DNA of 64,000 bases from Alphaproteobacteria bacterium (GCA_965227515.1 CBDDFZ010000001.1:4006152-4070151), one strand, 5' to 3'. Shown: positions 1-10,589, counted from the first letter of the stretch. The notes: generated from the sequence alone by a model not told the origin. A program made the numbers and translations.

Positions 1-289
<289 letters not shown>

Positions 290-290
<1 letters not shown>

Positions 291-820
291 TATTCAGACC
301 CCTCCCCGTCGGGCTTCGATTCCCCGGCCTCGACGCCGAGTTGGTCACCAAGCGACTTCAGTTCCTCGCTGTTCTGCAGCACCTGCTCCAGCAGGTTCTC
401 CAGGTCCTCCGAGCGGTCCACCTTCGACATCAGGTCGCGCAGCTTGTTGCGGGTCTCCAACAGCTTGCGCAACGGCTCGACCTGGTTGACCACGCTGGTC
501 GGGTCGAAGTCGTCCATCGACGAGAACTTCAGGTCGACCGCCATCTCGCTGCCGTCGCCGGCCAGCGTGTTCTCGACCTTCATCTGCAGGCCCGGCGTCA
601 TGCGCTTCATGACGTCGTTGAAGTTGTCGCGGTCGATCTGGACGAACTTGCGGTCCTTCAAAGACTTCAAGGGCTCGGTCGGATCGCCGGAGAAGTCGCC
701 GAGCACGCCGACCACGAACGGCAGCTCGCGCTCCACCATGGCGCCCTCGGTCTCGACTTCGTACTTGATGTGGACGCGTGGCTTGCGAACCCGCTCCAAC
801 TTGTTGTGTATGCTCGCCAT
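290..820 (-). CDS. tssB: T6SS contractile sheath small subunit TssB/VipA
   Basis: [16 protein letters not shown]...[14 protein letters not shown]...[15 protein letters not shown]...F.SMDDFDP signature. Confidence 0.96.
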
Positions 821-1146
821 CGGAATTCACGCCTCCAAATGTCTGATGGTTGGCGGCCGGCCTGGCCTGAACGAATGCGCACTCGGCTGACCCAGGTCCG
901 TCCTCGGCCTGGTCCCGGTCGATGGTCCGGCTGGGGTGCCGGACGTCAAACGTAACCAAAGCAAGGACATGGACGCCATCGCTCGTGCGCAGGCCCATAT
1001 CTCACAGCCAGGTTACTGATTTGCAACCATCGCCACTGCATTGGTATCAAGGGAGGTGGATACTAACGCCTCACACCCCTGTTTTGAAACAAATTTGCGT
1101 GCCTCAGAAGCATACCCCCGAAAGGATGTAACGGGTGTGATGCCGA

Positions 1147-2292
1147 TCATTCCTCGTCGGGCTGTTCGATGCTGTTGCGCATGCCGGCGATGGTCACGAA
1201 GGTGCGCCGCGCGTCCTCGTCCGGAATAAGCTCCCGGATCAGGTCGGACAGCGGCATGCGGCCGCGCCGCACCAATTCCTCCAGCGTGAACGAGATCGGC
1301 GAGTGCGGTTCGTTCTTGCGGAAGTACTCCGCCGCCTTCAGCACCAGGCGGAATGCGTCCTCGCGATTGTTGATCACGTCCGGCCTGGCCGCCGCCGGTG
1401 CCGCGCCGCCTGCCGCCGGGGCTCCGCCCTCCGCCGCGGCCGCCGCCTCGCCGTCCTCGCCCTCGGCCGGCTCGTCGCCGCCGTCAAGCGGCAGCCGGTC
1501 GCGCGCCACGTATCTCACCAGGTCGAGCACTTCGTTCAGCGCCGAGCGGATCTGGCCGACCGGCGGCCCATCGGCGCCGCACTTCTCGGTCAGGGTTGCG
1601 TCCAGCGCGGCAAACGCCTCCACCGCCGCCTCGCCGTCCTCGATCAGCGCGACATAGAAGTCCGACGACGTCGATGCCACGGCGGCATTGAACTGGTCGA
1701 TGGTCAGCGCGCCGGCGGCGATCCGCGCCTCGCGCTTCTCTTCATCGGTAATCTGCGACAGCGCGCTGGCCTGCTGATGATGCCACAGCGCCATCGGCCC
1801 CAGGTCGCCTGGCTCGGTGAGCGGGATCTGGCGGATCGGCTGGATCAGGGTGCCGTCCGCGCCCTCGCCGTTCAGGCCGGTCAGCGGCGCGATCTTGGTC
1901 TCCAGGCCATCCTCGTCTTCCAGCGGATAGACGTCGTCCCAGTAGAGCTTGATGATCTCGTCGGTCAGGCGGAACCCGTCGCGAAGCCCGGCGAAGCCAT
2001 GGAACCGCACCAGCGCCTCGGTGATCCAGGCGCACACCTCCAGGTCCTTCGCCTTCTCCTGCAGCGCCTCCGGCCCCATCTCCAGGATGTTGCTCCAGGC
2101 CGCGGGCACATGGTCGCTTTCGCCCTCCATCGCCGCCGACCGTTCCTCGGCCCGTGCGGTCGACCGGGCATCCTTCAGCGCGAAATAGACCGATGTCGGC
2201 GACGCATCGTTGCGCAAATCCTCGCCAACGGGATTGTCGTCGCTGATGGGCTGCGTCAGTGCAGCAATGTCCAGGATTTCCGGTGTCGCCAT
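1147..2292 (-). CDS. tssA: T6SS protein TssA (ImpA_N domain)
   Basis: PISDDNPVGEDLR...KDLEVCAWITEAL...GFAGLRDG; C-terminal REDA...YFRKNEPHSPI; directly upstream of tssB. Confidence 0.93.
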   Translation of the reverse strand: MATPEILDIAALTQPISDDNPVGEDLRNDASPTSVYFALKDARSTARAEERSAAMEGESDHVPAAWSNILEMGPEALQEKAKDLEVCAWITEALVRFHGFAGLRDGFRLTDEIIKLYWDDVYPLEDEDGLETKIAPLTGLNGEGADGTLIQPIRQIPLTEPGDLGPMALWHHQQASALSQITDEEKREARIAAGALTIDQFNAAVASTSSDFYVALIEDGEAAVEAFAALDATLTEKCGADGPPVGQIRSALNEVLDLVRYVARDRLPLDGGDEPAEGEDGEAAAAAEGGAPAAGGAAPAAARPDVINNREDAFRLVLKAAEYFRKNEPHSPISFTLEELVRRGRMPLSDLIRELIPDEDARRTFVTIAGMRNSIEQPDEE

Positions 2293-2578
2293 GGGGGGTC
2301 GTTCCTATGCGAGTATTCGGGCGAATGGTGTGGCGCCGGGTCGCGGTGCGCCCTCCATCTAGCATATGGTCGCGCATTGAGGATAGCGCGCCTGGGGCGC
2401 ACGGTCGTTGCGGGCCGCCACAACGGCGGAGCGCGTGTTGCGCCTGTGCTAGGAATACATTAGTCCAACTGTCGCATAATCTGCCCCAGCCCCGCCAAAA
2501 TCTGGCGGCAGATTCCGAAATATTGGCCGCCCCAACCGATCGTCCGCCAATCGATCATTCGCCAGTGGCAGAGAACCG

Positions 2579-4987
2579 ATGCAACGCCGACGCCCCGTCC
2601 TGAACGCCCTAGCCATTTCCTGCGCGCTGTGGAGCCTGCCGCTGTCCGCGAGCGCGCAGTCGGAGGACGAGACCGAGCGTTATGCGTTGGTGATCGGCAA
2701 TGGCTCGTACACAGCGCTTCCGTCGCTACCGTCCGCCAGCGCCGATGCCGCCACCGCGGCCACCACGCTGCGCGATGCAGGTTTCGAGGTGACGGAGCTG
2801 CTGAACGTGACCCAGGGCGATTTCCTGGCCGCCAACCAGCGTTTCGTCACCTCCATCGACGACGACGACATCGTCTTCTACTACTTCTCCGGCCACGCCC
2901 TTCAGTTCAACGGCAACAACTTCCTGCTGCCCAGCAACGTGCGCATCGATGGCGCCACCAGCCTGCTGACGGCGGGCGTACCGCTGTCGTCGGTGGTGCG
3001 TCAGTTGTCGGGCACAGGCGCGCGCGAGATCTACGTGGTGATCGAGGCCGGCGCCCAGATCGACCTGGTGGCCAGCGGCGACATCTCCCCCGGATTGGCC
3101 GTGCCCCGCCCCTCGGACGCGCCGGTGATGTACATGTTCTCCGCTGCGCCGGGCGCGGTGCGGCAGGCGCCGGCCGACCCGCTGGCCGAGTTCACCACTC
3201 TGTTGTTCGAAACCCTGGCGGTGCCGGGCACCAGCGTCGAAGACGCGATGGCGGAAGTGCTGGCCGCCGCGGAGTCGGGCGGAGCGACCCCGCCCCCCTG
3301 GTTCCGCAACGGGATCGAGATGCCGCTGGTGCTGTTCGAAGGCCAGGACGAACCGCCCCTGCCGCCGCCGACCGAACTGACCGCCGAAGAGCAGATGTGG
3401 CAGCGCATCAACGAGCTGGAAGACCAGTCGATGCTGCCGACCCTGCTGCAGTCGTACCTGCTGCTTTATCCCGATGGCGAATTCGCCGCCGACGCCGTGG
3501 CCCGGCTGGCGGCCCTGGAGCAGGCGGCTGCGGACGGCCCCGACAACACCGGTAACGACACGCCCGACGACACACCCAACCAGGCCCCTGAGATGGTGGA
3601 GCCGAACCCGCTGTCGATCTGGGAAGGCGCCTCAGAGGTCGCCTTCATCATGCCCGAGCCGACCGACCCGGATGGCGACCCGCTGCAGGTGGAGATCATC
3701 GACCTGCCCGAACTGGTCGACGTGGCGACCGACACCGGGCCGCTGAGCGAAGGCGAAGTGCTGGACGTGGATGTGCTGAGCACGCTGATCGTCTCCGCCG
3801 CCGACGGCACCAGCGGCAGCGACGAATTCGTCATCCGCGTGGTCGACCCGGATGGCGCCTCGGTGGCCGCGACCCTGCACATCACGGTGGAGGGTCGGCC
3901 CAACCGGCCGCCCATCGCTTTCGATTCCGATCCGATCGAGCTTCCGGCGGACGGCGATCCGGTCGCGCTCAATTTCGCCACGCCGACCGATCCGGACGAC
4001 GACGCGCTGGCGATCACTGTCACCGAGCTGCCGAGCGCGGGCACGGTGGCGCTGCCGAGCGGCGAACTGGCCCTGTTCGACGTGATCTGGGTCTCCGACC
4101 TCGGCGAGCTGACCTACGCGCCGGATGGCGAGACCGTCGGCCCGGTCGGTCGGCTGGCACTGTCGGTCGCCGATGGCTACGACGGCGTCGCGACGATGGC
4201 GGTGGAGATATCCCTGACCGAGCCGGAGGTGCCGGACGGCCCGCCGGTGGCCGAGATTACCGAGGTCGGGGCCGAGCTGTGGTCGATCGCGGCGACCACC
4301 CGCGACGACCGCATCCAGTTGCAGCGGGCTCTGGGCGCCATCGGCTTCTACGACGGCGCGCTGGACGGCATTCTGGGCCGCCAGTCGCAGGAAGGCATTG
4401 CCGCCTATCAGGCCACCATCGATGCCGAGCCGACCGGTGAACTCACCAACCGCCAGCGCGCAATGCTGTCGGTCGACGCCGCGAAAGCGGTGGCGGCCGA
4501 GGCGGAGGCGACGGCGGCCGCGGCACGCGATGCCCGCGACCGCACCCTGGAGGTGCTGGAGACCGACGACATCGTCGAGATCCCGTTCGTCGGCGGGTCC
4601 TATCGCGGCCAGGCCGACGATCAGGGCTTGAACGGCCTGGGCACCCTGGAGGCCGGCAACGGCCAGAGCTTCACCGGCGAGTTCCGCGACAACGAGCCGG
4701 TCATCGGCGTGCACGCCTTCGATAATGGCGACCGCTACGAAGGCATGGAAGCGGCGCGCAAGCCCGAGGGGCTGGGCGTCTGGTACTACGCGAACGGCAT
4801 CGTCTATTCCGGGGAGTGGGAGGACGGGCGGATCAGCGGGCTTGGCGTCAACACGTCGCCGGGCGGGGTCGTGATCAGCGGCCTTTGGTCGGCCAACCGG
4901 CCGGCCGGCTTCGGCGGCGTCACCGACGCCAATGGGCTGACCCGCTATGGCCTGCTGGAAGGCGACCGCTTCCTGGTCCTGTACTGA
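2579..4987 (+). CDS. Exported multidomain protein: caspase-like (C14) domain with degenerate active site, two cadherin/Ig-like repeats, peptidoglycan-binding domain, MORN repeats
   Basis: Signal peptide; RYALVIGNGSY and FYYFSGHA (caspase p20); PTDPDGD/PTDPDDD repeats; LQRALGAIGFYDGALDGILG (PG_binding_1); YEG..GLGVWYYANG.YSGEW (MORN). Confidence 0.8.
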   Translation: MQRRRPVLNALAISCALWSLPLSASAQSEDETERYALVIGNGSYTALPSLPSASADAATAATTLRDAGFEVTELLNVTQGDFLAANQRFVTSIDDDDIVFYYFSGHALQFNGNNFLLPSNVRIDGATSLLTAGVPLSSVVRQLSGTGAREIYVVIEAGAQIDLVASGDISPGLAVPRPSDAPVMYMFSAAPGAVRQAPADPLAEFTTLLFETLAVPGTSVEDAMAEVLAAAESGGATPPPWFRNGIEMPLVLFEGQDEPPLPPPTELTAEEQMWQRINELEDQSMLPTLLQSYLLLYPDGEFAADAVARLAALEQAAADGPDNTGNDTPDDTPNQAPEMVEPNPLSIWEGASEVAFIMPEPTDPDGDPLQVEIIDLPELVDVATDTGPLSEGEVLDVDVLSTLIVSAADGTSGSDEFVIRVVDPDGASVAATLHITVEGRPNRPPIAFDSDPIELPADGDPVALNFATPTDPDDDALAITVTELPSAGTVALPSGELALFDVIWVSDLGELTYAPDGETVGPVGRLALSVADGYDGVATMAVEISLTEPEVPDGPPVAEITEVGAELWSIAATTRDDRIQLQRALGAIGFYDGALDGILGRQSQEGIAAYQATIDAEPTGELTNRQRAMLSVDAAKAVAAEAEATAAAARDARDRTLEVLETDDIVEIPFVGGSYRGQADDQGLNGLGTLEAGNGQSFTGEFRDNEPVIGVHAFDNGDRYEGMEAARKPEGLGVWYYANGIVYSGEWEDGRISGLGVNTSPGGVVISGLWSANRPAGFGGVTDANGLTRYGLLEGDRFLVLY

Positions 4988-4999
4988 CCGGCGCATGCC

Positions 5000-5545
5000 A
5001 TGCCACCGGCGCCGCTGACCCATCGGCTGGCCACCCGGGATGACCTGCCGGCGTTGAAGGCCCTGATGGACGCGGCCATCGACGTGCTGCAGTCCGACTA
5101 CCTGACGCCGGCGCAGATCGCATCGAGCCGCGCGATCATGGGCCTGGACACCCAGCTGATCGACGATGGCACCTATTTCGTGGTCGAGGCCGGCAGCGCC
5201 ATCGCCGGTTGCGGCGGCTGGAGCCGACGGGCGACGCTCTATGGCTCAAACGCCACGCCCGGCCGCGATGCCGCCTTGCTGGACCCGGCAACCGATGCCG
5301 CGCGGGTGCGCGCGATGTACACCCATCCGGACCACACACGTCGCGGCGTCGGCCGCATGATCCTGAGCCTCTGCGAGGCGGCGGTCCGGGCCGAAGGCTT
5401 CGTACGGGCGGAACTGATGGGCACCATGGCTGGCGCGCCGCTCTATCGCGCCTGCGGCTTCGAGGTCGTCGAGGAAGTGGTCAGCGACGTCGGCGGCACC
5501 CCGGTGCCGTTGGTCCGCATGCAAAAGGCGCTATCCCCGACATAG
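5000..5545 (+). CDS. GNAT family N-acetyltransferase
   Basis: VRAMYTHPDHTRRGVGR acetyl-CoA motif A; PLYRACGF motif B. Confidence 0.9.
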   Translation: MPPAPLTHRLATRDDLPALKALMDAAIDVLQSDYLTPAQIASSRAIMGLDTQLIDDGTYFVVEAGSAIAGCGGWSRRATLYGSNATPGRDAALLDPATDAARVRAMYTHPDHTRRGVGRMILSLCEAAVRAEGFVRAELMGTMAGAPLYRACGFEVVEEVVSDVGGTPVPLVRMQKALSPT

Positions 5546-5616
5546 GCGCCCGCCGTAAGCGCCCGACGTGAGCAATGGATACGAAGTTTTAACCGAGACT
5601 GCGCTTCTCTGCGCCC

Positions 5617-6348
5617 ATGGGAAGCGCCGCGCACGCCATTTCCGACGAGATTTCCGTGCTGATCCTGGCCGGTGGCCGGGGCACACGCTTGCGTCCAGCG
5701 ACCGGCGCGGTACCGAAACCGATCGTCCCCGTTGCCGGCCGCCCCTTCCTCGACCACCTGCTCGACCAGGTCCGCGCCGCCGGCTTCGACCGGGTCACCC
5801 TGGGCGTCGGCTATGGCGCCAGCGCCGTGGAGCAGACCATCGGACAGGCGCGCCGCGGCCTGGACATCCACTACGCCTACGAGACCCAGCCACTGGGGAC
5901 GGCAGGCGCCATCCGCAACGCGCTCGATGTCTGCCAGGCGCCGGAAATCCTGGTGCTGAATGGCGATTCCTACTGCGACATCGATCTCGCAGAATTCGTC
6001 GCCGCGCACCGGGAGCGCGGCACCCCGGCGTCTATGGTCCTCGTCGAGTGCCCCGACCGGTCGCGGTTCGGCGGCACCGATACCGACCCGCAAGGCCAGG
6101 TGATCGCCTTTCATGAAAAGCGCGAGAACGCGGGACCGGGCCTGATCAACGCCGGCATCTACCTGCTGGCCCGGCGCGACATCGCGGCGTGGCCGGACGT
6201 CCCGCTTTCCCTGGAACACGACATCCTGCCCGACCTGATCGAACAAGGACTGTTCGGCTGGCAGGCAGACGCGGACTTCATCGATATCGGCACGCCGGAA
6301 AGCTACGGCCGTGCCCAGACATTCTTTGCAAGCGAGGCAGCGGCGTGA
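5617..6348 (+). CDS. Sugar-phosphate nucleotidyltransferase, HddC-like (heptose-1-P guanylyltransferase)
   Basis: ILAGGRGTRL, PKP, LGTAGA, LNGDS, FIDIGTPE motifs; in an operon with an HddA-like kinase. Confidence 0.8.
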   Translation: MGSAAHAISDEISVLILAGGRGTRLRPATGAVPKPIVPVAGRPFLDHLLDQVRAAGFDRVTLGVGYGASAVEQTIGQARRGLDIHYAYETQPLGTAGAIRNALDVCQAPEILVLNGDSYCDIDLAEFVAAHRERGTPASMVLVECPDRSRFGGTDTDPQGQVIAFHEKRENAGPGLINAGIYLLARRDIAAWPDVPLSLEHDILPDLIEQGLFGWQADADFIDIGTPESYGRAQTFFASEAAA

Positions 6349-7346
6349 ACATTCTCATCACTGGCATCACCGGCATGGTGGGCAGCCATCTGGCCGAATT
6401 CGTGCTCCGCGAGCACCCCGAGGCCCGTGTGCACGGCCTGATCCGCTGGCGCAGCCCGCGCACCAACATCGCCGGTATCGAGAGCCAGGTGACGCTGCAC
6501 CAGGGCGACCTGCGCGACCTGGCGAGCCTGATCCACGTGATGCGGACGGTGCGCCCGGACCGCATCTTCCACCTCGCCGCCCAGTCCTATGTCGACCAGA
6601 GCTTCGTCGCCCCGGCCGACACCCTGCACAGCAACGTCATCGGCACCACCAACCTGCTGGACGCGGTGCGGATCGCCGGCCTCGAGAGCCGCATCCACAT
6701 CTGCTCGTCGTCGGAGGTCTACGGCCAGGTCACCGAGGACGAGGTGCCGATCCGCGAGACCAACGTGCTGCGCCCCGCCAGCCCCTATGCCGTCTCCAAG
6801 GTCGGCGAGGACATGGTCGCGTTCCAGTACGGCATCTCCTACGGCATGCATATCGTGCGCACCCGCATGTTCACCCACACCGGCCCGCGCCGCGGCGACG
6901 TGTTCGCCGAGAGCGCCTTCGCCAAGCAGATCGCGGAGATCGAGGCCGGCGTGCGCCATGGCCCGGTCAAGGTCGGCAACCTGGACAGCGTGCGCACCAT
7001 CGCCGACGTGCGCGACACGGTGCGCGCCTACTGGATGCTGCTGGAGAAGTGCCCGCCGGGCGAGGTCTACAACATCGGCGGCAACGAGGTTGCGACGGTC
7101 GGCGAGATCCTGGAGATGCTGAAGTCGATGGCGCGGGTGCCGATCCAGCACGAGGTCGATCCGGCCCGCCTGCGCCCGTCCGACGTGACGCTGCAAATCC
7201 CCTGCATCGACAAGTTCCAGCAGGCGACCGGTTGGGCGCCGCAGATCTCGATGCGCCAGACCATGTCCGACCTGCTCGACTATCACCGCGCGCGCCTCGG
7301 CACGCTGGACGCGCCCACCGCCGCGCCGTTGCTGAAGGCAAGCTGA
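6345..7346 (+). CDS. GDP-sugar 4,6-dehydratase (GDP-mannose / GDP-manno-heptose, DmhA-like)
   Basis: GTG start overlapping the previous stop; ITGITGMVG, HLAAQSYV, SSSEVYG, YAVSK, RMFTHTGPRRGDVF. Confidence 0.85.
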   Translation: MNILITGITGMVGSHLAEFVLREHPEARVHGLIRWRSPRTNIAGIESQVTLHQGDLRDLASLIHVMRTVRPDRIFHLAAQSYVDQSFVAPADTLHSNVIGTTNLLDAVRIAGLESRIHICSSSEVYGQVTEDEVPIRETNVLRPASPYAVSKVGEDMVAFQYGISYGMHIVRTRMFTHTGPRRGDVFAESAFAKQIAEIEAGVRHGPVKVGNLDSVRTIADVRDTVRAYWMLLEKCPPGEVYNIGGNEVATVGEILEMLKSMARVPIQHEVDPARLRPSDVTLQIPCIDKFQQATGWAPQISMRQTMSDLLDYHRARLGTLDAPTAAPLLKAS

Positions 7347-8392
7347 TGCCGATCGTCATTTCCCGCACGCCCTACCGGGTGTCGTTCTTCGGCGGTGGGT
7401 CGGATTACCCGGCCTGGTACCTGCGCGAAGGCGGGGCGGTGCTGTCCACCAGCATCGACAAGTACTGCTATCTGAGCTGCCGCCAGTTGCCGCCCTTTTT
7501 CAACAACCGGCACCGGGTGATCTGGAAACACATCGAGCAGGTCAATTCGATCCACGAGATCCTGCACCCCGCCGTGCGCGAGTGCCTGTTGCACCTGGGC
7601 TTCACCGACGACGTCGGCCTGGAGATCCAGTACCAGGGCGACCTGCCGGCGCGCAGCGGCATGGGATCGAGCTCCGCGTTCGCGGTCGGCCTGATCAACT
7701 CCCTGCTCACCCTGCGCGGCGAAGCCGTCGACCAGCACACGCTGGGGCTGAAGGCGATCGAGCTGGAGCAGACGGTGATGGGCGACCCGGTCGGCAGCCA
7801 GGACCAGATGGCCGCCGCCGTCGGCGGGCTGAACGTCATCCGCTTCCGCAAGACCGGCACCATCGACATCGAGCCGGTGCGGCTGGCCGGCGGGCGGCGC
7901 CGCGCGTTGGAAAACCGGCTGATGCTGTTCTACACCGGCACCAGCCGGCTGGGCGCGAAGGTCGCCAAGAACGTGATCGACAGCCTGTCGGTGCGCGAGC
8001 GCACCATCCGCAAGATGCACGACATGGTCGACATCGCCCGCGACGTCATCGCCGGCGGGGACCTGGACGATTTCGGCCGGATGCTCGACGAGACCTGGCA
8101 ACTGAAGCGGTCGATCGCGAGTTCCGTGTCGACCCCGCTGGTCGACGACATCTACCAGACCGCGCGCAGCGAGGGCGCACTGGGCGGCAAGCTGCTCGGC
8201 GCCGGCAATTCCGGCTTCATGATGTTCTACGTGCCCTGCGAGCACCGCAAGGCGGTGTCGCACGCACTGCGCCACTTCCTGGAAGTGCCGTTCCGGTTCG
8301 AGCGCACCGGCACCAGCATCATCCACAATTCCGAGGGCGCGCTCGACATGAACGAGGCGCTGGACCGCGGCAGCGCCGTCGCCGCGGCGTGA
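7346..8392 (+). CDS. hddA: GHMP kinase, D-glycero-alpha-D-manno-heptose-7-phosphate kinase HddA-like
   Basis: ISRTPYRVSFFGGGSDY, DLPARSGMGSSS, GSQDQ, GGKLLGAG; ATG overlaps the previous TGA. Confidence 0.85.
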   Translation: MPIVISRTPYRVSFFGGGSDYPAWYLREGGAVLSTSIDKYCYLSCRQLPPFFNNRHRVIWKHIEQVNSIHEILHPAVRECLLHLGFTDDVGLEIQYQGDLPARSGMGSSSAFAVGLINSLLTLRGEAVDQHTLGLKAIELEQTVMGDPVGSQDQMAAAVGGLNVIRFRKTGTIDIEPVRLAGGRRRALENRLMLFYTGTSRLGAKVAKNVIDSLSVRERTIRKMHDMVDIARDVIAGGDLDDFGRMLDETWQLKRSIASSVSTPLVDDIYQTARSEGALGGKLLGAGNSGFMMFYVPCEHRKAVSHALRHFLEVPFRFERTGTSIIHNSEGALDMNEALDRGSAVAAA

Positions 8393-8415
8393 CCGCGAAG
8401 CCATGCTAGCCGGGT

Positions 8416-9009
8416 ATGGCCACCATGCCTGACGATCAGCACGCCAAGAGCCGCAGTATCGCCTTCCAGACCCCCTGGTTCACCATCCAGTCGGTGCCGG
8501 CGACGGCGGACGGGCGCGGCGAGTATTACACCTATGATTCCGGCGACGGCGTGGTCGCGTTGCCGATGACCCCGGACGGCGCCTTCCTGATGGTGGAGCA
8601 GTACCGCCCGCCGCTCGGCGCGCTGACGCTGGAGTTTCCGGCCGGCGAGCTGGACCCCGGAGAGACCGAGGTGACGGCGGCCGCGCGCGAGACCCTGGAA
8701 GAGACCGGCCATGTCTGCGAACACTGGCAGTTGCTTTCGCCGGCGCGCACGCTGCTGAACCGCTCGTCCCACCGCGAGTTCTTCGTCCTCGGCATCAACG
8801 CCCGACCGGTCTCGGATTGGACGCCCGAGGAGGACGTTCGCCCGCGGATATTGTCGCGGCGCTATCTGGCCGAGCGCATCCGCGGCGATATGTTCGAGCA
8901 CACCATGGCGCTGGCCGCGTTCACCATCGCACGCGAGAAGCTCGGCATCGACCTGCTGCACGACGACCCCCAGACCATCGCCGCCGCGATCCGGGCAAAC
9001 GCCGGATAG
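8416..9009 (+). CDS. NUDIX hydrolase (ADP-ribose pyrophosphatase-like)
   Basis: Nudix box GELDPGETEVTAAARETLEETG preceded by QYRPP...LEFPAG. Confidence 0.9.
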   Translation: MATMPDDQHAKSRSIAFQTPWFTIQSVPATADGRGEYYTYDSGDGVVALPMTPDGAFLMVEQYRPPLGALTLEFPAGELDPGETEVTAAARETLEETGHVCEHWQLLSPARTLLNRSSHREFFVLGINARPVSDWTPEEDVRPRILSRRYLAERIRGDMFEHTMALAAFTIAREKLGIDLLHDDPQTIAAAIRANAG

Positions 9010-9069
9010 CGGGGTGCATCGGCCGCCCCCGTGCGTTAGCCTGACGCTCCAAAGCATTCGGGGGAAAGC

Positions 9070-10239
9070 ATGCAAATTGGGGAGTCTCTTTGCGCCGGCG
9101 CGGTCGGCGCTGCGCTTGTCTGCATGCCACTGACGGCCACGGCCTTCGAATTGACGACGGCACTGCCCGGCGACGATCGCTTCACCGGTATCGCGACGAT
9201 GGCCAACGGCGACCTTGTGGCCGTCGGCAGCATCGACATCGAGGGCGATTGGCACGGCCGCATCGTGCGCCTGGACGGCGACGGCAATGTGGTCTGGGAG
9301 CAGTCGATGAACGTCGGCGACGACTGGGACCGCTTCAGCGACGTCACGGCCCTGCCCGATGGCGGCATCGTCGCCGTGGGCACCGCGCGCGTCGGCGGGC
9401 AGGATCATGGCTGGGCCGTGAAGCTGAGGGCCGACGGCTCGTTCAACTGGGAACGCACCCTCGGCGATATCGACCGCGGACTGAGCTCGCTGGCATCGGT
9501 CGTTGTCGATGACGACGGCTCGCTAGTGATCGGCGGTTATGCGGCGGGCGAGGACGGCAGCGGCGATGACGGGTGGGTCGTCCGGCTGGATGCCAACGGC
9601 CTCTATGTCAGCCAAACCAAGGTGCACCACGAGGGCCAGGACGAGATCAAGGCCATCACGCTCTTGCCCGATGGCGCCGTCGCCTTTGCCGGCCAGGCTG
9701 ACGCAACCAACGAGCGGACCGGCCTGGTCGGCGTGATCGATGCGTCCGGCGAACTGGCCTGGAAGCAGGCCATCGGCAAGGGCCGCGGCACGGCGTTCTG
9801 GGGCATCGTCGCATTGGCGGACGGCACGCTGGTGACCGCCGGCGCGGCGCGGGCCGACAATGGCGACCGCAACGGCCTCGTGGTCGGTCTTAGCGCGGAT
9901 GGCGAGCCGGTATGGAACAGTTTCCTGCCCGGCGACGGCACCGCCGCCCTGCTCGACTTGGCGTCCAATCGCACGGATGGCCTGTTCAAACCAGCCGGTC
10001 TGGTCGGGGTCGGTTGGACCTATGCCAACGACAGCGCTCTGCAGGGCTGGATTATCGCGCTCGACAGCGCGGGCGCAATGACCTGGCAGGAAACGTTTGG
10101 CGGCCCCGGCAACGGCCGGTTCTCGGCCATCGCCCCCCTCGGCGACGCATCGCTGGTGGCCGCCGGCGCCACGGACGGCGAAGGCCCTTCAAATGAAGAA
10201 GATGGCTGGATACTGACGCTGCCCGCGACGCGGGAATAG
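9070..10239 (+). CDS. Secreted repeat protein, probable beta-propeller
   Basis: Signal peptide; about seven repeats of DG..V.AG....GW...LD.DG...W. Confidence 0.7.
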   Translation: MQIGESLCAGAVGAALVCMPLTATAFELTTALPGDDRFTGIATMANGDLVAVGSIDIEGDWHGRIVRLDGDGNVVWEQSMNVGDDWDRFSDVTALPDGGIVAVGTARVGGQDHGWAVKLRADGSFNWERTLGDIDRGLSSLASVVVDDDGSLVIGGYAAGEDGSGDDGWVVRLDANGLYVSQTKVHHEGQDEIKAITLLPDGAVAFAGQADATNERTGLVGVIDASGELAWKQAIGKGRGTAFWGIVALADGTLVTAGAARADNGDRNGLVVGLSADGEPVWNSFLPGDGTAALLDLASNRTDGLFKPAGLVGVGWTYANDSALQGWIIALDSAGAMTWQETFGGPGNGRFSAIAPLGDASLVAAGATDGEGPSNEEDGWILTLPATRE

Positions 10240-10287
10240 CGGGCACGCGATCTTCAATAATGCACTTCGTCGCCCTCGCGCTTGTCG

Positions 10288-10554
10288 CCAACACACAATC
10301 GTCATCCTCGCCCTTGTGGAGAGGATCCATTTATGTCCAAACTATCAATGGTTTATGGGATTTGCACCGGCCGAGGGCGATCGACTGATTGTCAATGTGC
10401 CGCGCAGGCGATGCGCACACTAGGCTCGTTTCGAGACCTTGCCCATGAATGGGTCCTCGCCACAAGGGCGAGGACGACAACTTCTTTTTTGTCTTAGCGC
10501 GTAGCCTGTTTGGAACGAAGTGGAACCCGGGTTTCGCTCCGCTCCACCCAGGCT
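10288..10554 (+). repeat. Copy 1 of ~267-bp composite REP unit: 178-bp REPIN-like element (10301-10478) plus GTAG-type REP doublet
   Basis: Near-identical to 12025-12291; GTCATCCTCGCCCTTGTGG-GAGGATCCA ... TGGGTCCTCGCCACAAGGGCGAGGACGAC, then GTAGCC...CCACCCAGGCT. Confidence 0.9.
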
Positions 10555-10589
10555 TCTGTAACGGGCCATTGTTGGTCAATCCCTTTTTC

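Noticed and set aside
1021-1105. Sigma-54 promoter upstream of tssB
   Set aside because: The candidate TGGC/TTGC and GGCACG motifs have the wrong -24/-12 spacing.
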